A DNA stretch of 64,000 nt, taken from Atractiella rhizophila. Taxonomy: Eukaryota. Of the stretch, positions 61,768-64,000 are shown piece by piece. The stretch lies in contig MU271187.1 of assembly GCA_021432655.1 (NCBI GenBank), forward strand, positions 62,001 to 126,000, in the 5' to 3' direction. The position numbers and the translations under genes are program-made. The notes beneath the pieces were generated by a model. It was not told where the DNA came from. It did not search any database and saw only the letters and a list, made by a program, of their open reading frames with translations. Numbering within the stretch: position 1 is the stretch's first letter; each line of letters starts with the position of its first letter.

Positions 61768-63786
61768 TCATTTAGGATTTCCTGGTGCCTCAAACCGATA
61801 CTGCCAGTTCATCTTCTTCGTGTTCCTGTCGAGACCAATCACGAGTTCGACTTCATATTTCTCAGCGAACTCCGTCAGAGGTTGGAGTGCGACTCGATTC
61901 AACTCGTCGCGCATTGCACGCTCCATGCGCCAGTCGATGTGGAGCGGGAAGTTAATCCAAAGACCTCGCAACTTCGGCAGCAGGTACCTCCAGGATTCCA
62001 TGTCCGTCAGAACAGAGAGTAGTTGATAGCTGAAAGGAAGACGGAGATATTCGACGTGTTGAAAGTATAGGAACCCTTCAACGAATGGAAAGACGTCGCT
62101 CAGGACAATTACTGGCGAAATTTGGTCCACAGACTGGGTATGCTCTGGTAGAAGAGAGCTGGCACTGAAAGCGCTAAACTCCGGCGACACCACCAGAGCT
62201 TTGAGAGATGTGAATTGATGCACAAATTTAAGCGTTGCTGCAACATCATTTTCAATCATTAGCCAGCTGGGAATTGACAGATATGTTAAAGTATTCACAG
62301 AGCTTTCGGTAAGTAGTATCATAGGAAAGAGGCTCTGCCAACGAGATTCAGATTGGGGAGGTGTAAGGAGCCGGGACAAGTCGAGTGTTTCTAACTTGAA
62401 CGGCCGGGAAGTATTCGCTGTGGCCTCGAGCACCTGCACGTTACCACACAGCACGAGGTTGGAAAGGTTGGTGCTTTCAAATAAGAATGGAAACGCTTCA
62501 TCGAGGGAGACAGAGTGGCCATTCGACAGAAAGATTAACTCCAGATATTGAGCTTTGGGCAGTGGCGGGAGAGACCACGATTTCGTCGTGCTCATCAAGT
62601 CGGGAGCATCCATTGCGGAGCAAATTGTGATGCCAAAACTGACGAGAGTGTCGGCAAACAAGCGAATGAAAGGGCCGAAATCCGCAGTGTCAAGAATTTC
62701 GTGGGAGAAAGTCACAAAAAGGTTCTTCAGAGATTCGACACTGCCGCAGAAGGATTCAATCCAATGAGCGAATGAATCCCCAACGTATAACGGCCTAACT
62801 TCGAGCTCTCGGAGGGCAGGGAGTGCAATTGGGGGGAGCACGACGTAAGGTATCTTCAGCAGCAGGCGTCCCAAGACAGTGCAGCCACCCAAAGAGTGCA
62901 ACAGCAACTGTGATGTCTCCTTTGCTTCTTTCAGCTCCTCCTTGTCTTGATAGGGCGAATGCAGATGCCTTGAATCGTCAAGCTTCAGAAATATCAGGGA
63001 ACGAGGGAAGGCAAAATCTGGAGGGGGAGCTGCAGGGTAGACATCAGCACCCCACACCAACGTTAGGTGAAGCAAGCTGTCCAGCTTCTGCAGGATCGCA
63101 TATATATGTGGAAATAGTTCGAATGGAATGTACTCAAACTGACAAGTACGAACGAACTTGCCCTGGGAGGGGAATTCAGTTAAAGTCCTGTTGAATGGAA
63201 TATATCTCCACGCTATCTCTTCCCGAATGACAACAATGCTAAATCTCCTGATAGCCACCTCGTTCCAGCGTCGACAAACAAGGTGTACTGGCGTACAATG
63301 GAACAGAGAACTTGCTGCGACATACAAGAAAATCAAACTGAGCAGCTCATCAGGCAATGGTATGTCATTGGAGAGTCGATTGAGGCCTAACTCATCTCCT
63401 TCGTTCGGCAGAGGTTCTGTTGTCTCCTTGTTAATCGGAAAACCAACGTTGCGTAGGTTCTCGTGATGCGGACTGAGCATTCTTTGAATCATTTCAGGAG
63501 TCAAGATCTCCTCCAACGGCTGGTTCCCAATCGAAATTCCGCGAAGAAGATAATAGATCCAAGCAGGAAGGCCATTAATGATGGCAAGAGTAAGCATGTG
63601 ATCGGAAATGTCGACTTTGAAGGACACAAGGTGATCTCGAAGTTGAGACGCACGCTCAAAATACTGATCCAAAGTCTCCATTTTTCTCAGGCGCAAATGA
63701 AAAAAGCCAGTCATAGCCAATGCTAAATCAGCGAGATTCGGTTGCTGTATGGAGTGGACGCCGACGCCAGGATCAAGAGGATCCAT
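61768..63786 (-). CDS. Fusion protein: Ty1/copia Gag capsid-like domain + F-box + LRR-like body
   Basis: Single uninterrupted ORF. Residues ~29-105 (FFHLRLRKMETLDQYFERASQLRDHL..ISDHMLTLAIINGLP..LTPEMIQRML) fit the Retrotran_gag_2/UBN2 pattern. Residues ~143-182 (LPDELLSLIFLY..LVCRRWNEVA) are an F-box. LxxLxL repeats follow. Confidence 0.75.
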   Translation of the reverse strand: MDPLDPGVGVHSIQQPNLADLALAMTGFFHLRLRKMETLDQYFERASQLRDHLVSFKVDISDHMLTLAIINGLPAWIYYLLRGISIGNQPLEEILTPEMIQRMLSPHHENLRNVGFPINKETTEPLPNEGDELGLNRLSNDIPLPDELLSLIFLYVAASSLFHCTPVHLVCRRWNEVAIRRFSIVVIREEIAWRYIPFNRTLTEFPSQGKFVRTCQFEYIPFELFPHIYAILQKLDSLLHLTLVWGADVYPAAPPPDFAFPRSLIFLKLDDSRHLHSPYQDKEELKEAKETSQLLLHSLGGCTVLGRLLLKIPYVVLPPIALPALRELEVRPLYVGDSFAHWIESFCGSVESLKNLFVTFSHEILDTADFGPFIRLFADTLVSFGITICSAMDAPDLMSTTKSWSLPPLPKAQYLELIFLSNGHSVSLDEAFPFLFESTNLSNLVLCGNVQVLEATANTSRPFKLETLDLSRLLTPPQSESRWQSLFPMILLTESSVNTLTYLSIPSWLMIENDVAATLKFVHQFTSLKALVVSPEFSAFSASSLLPEHTQSVDQISPVIVLSDVFPFVEGFLYFQHVEYLRLPFSYQLLSVLTDMESWRYLLPKLRGLWINFPLHIDWRMERAMRDELNRVALQPLTEFAEKYEVELVIGLDRNTKKMNWQYRFEAPGNPK

Positions 63787-64000
63787 CAAAAAACTGGACT
63801 CGAATCAGTCACTTGACATTAATACAAACTCACGACTTAAGCTTATACCTACGTTTAAATAATCACTTAATTTAGGTGATATATTACGAGAAATGAAATC
63901 AGAGGAGGCGGTTTTATCCTCGTTCGTTGTTTTCCCGGAAACATGAGCACGGTGCAAGCTTCGGAAAATTAATGTGCGGAACCTAAAGGCTAAGGAGCGC

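Overview
Gene-dense fungal nuclear DNA with short (~45-60 nt) GT-AG introns and donors such as GTGCGT/GTTCGT/GTCCGT. It is most likely a basidiomycete (Pucciniomycotina-like; inference). About 28 genes are supportable. Core genes: MRP51-like, HYPK-like, NDK, SGF11, UPF0658, STRAP, TOS4/PLM2-like, CDC4, AP-3 mu, DAP1, SRP40, CLP1, FWD-1/beta-TrCP-like, SmE, UTP5, GWT1 and a YTH m6A reader. Accessory genes: four divergent F-box/LRR-like genes, a tandem triplet of 4-TM proteins and a lesion-bearing GH2. The standout is an intact 672-aa ORF (61768-63786, minus strand) in which a Ty1/copia Gag capsid-like domain is fused to an F-box plus LRR-like body, a candidate 'Gag-decoy SCF' anti-retrotransposon factor. 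Also notable: a microbial-type PARG with an N-terminal PIP box and RGG tract, and several unusually long introns with possible regulatory content. All family calls are by-eye motif recognition, with no searches run, and gene spans include introns.
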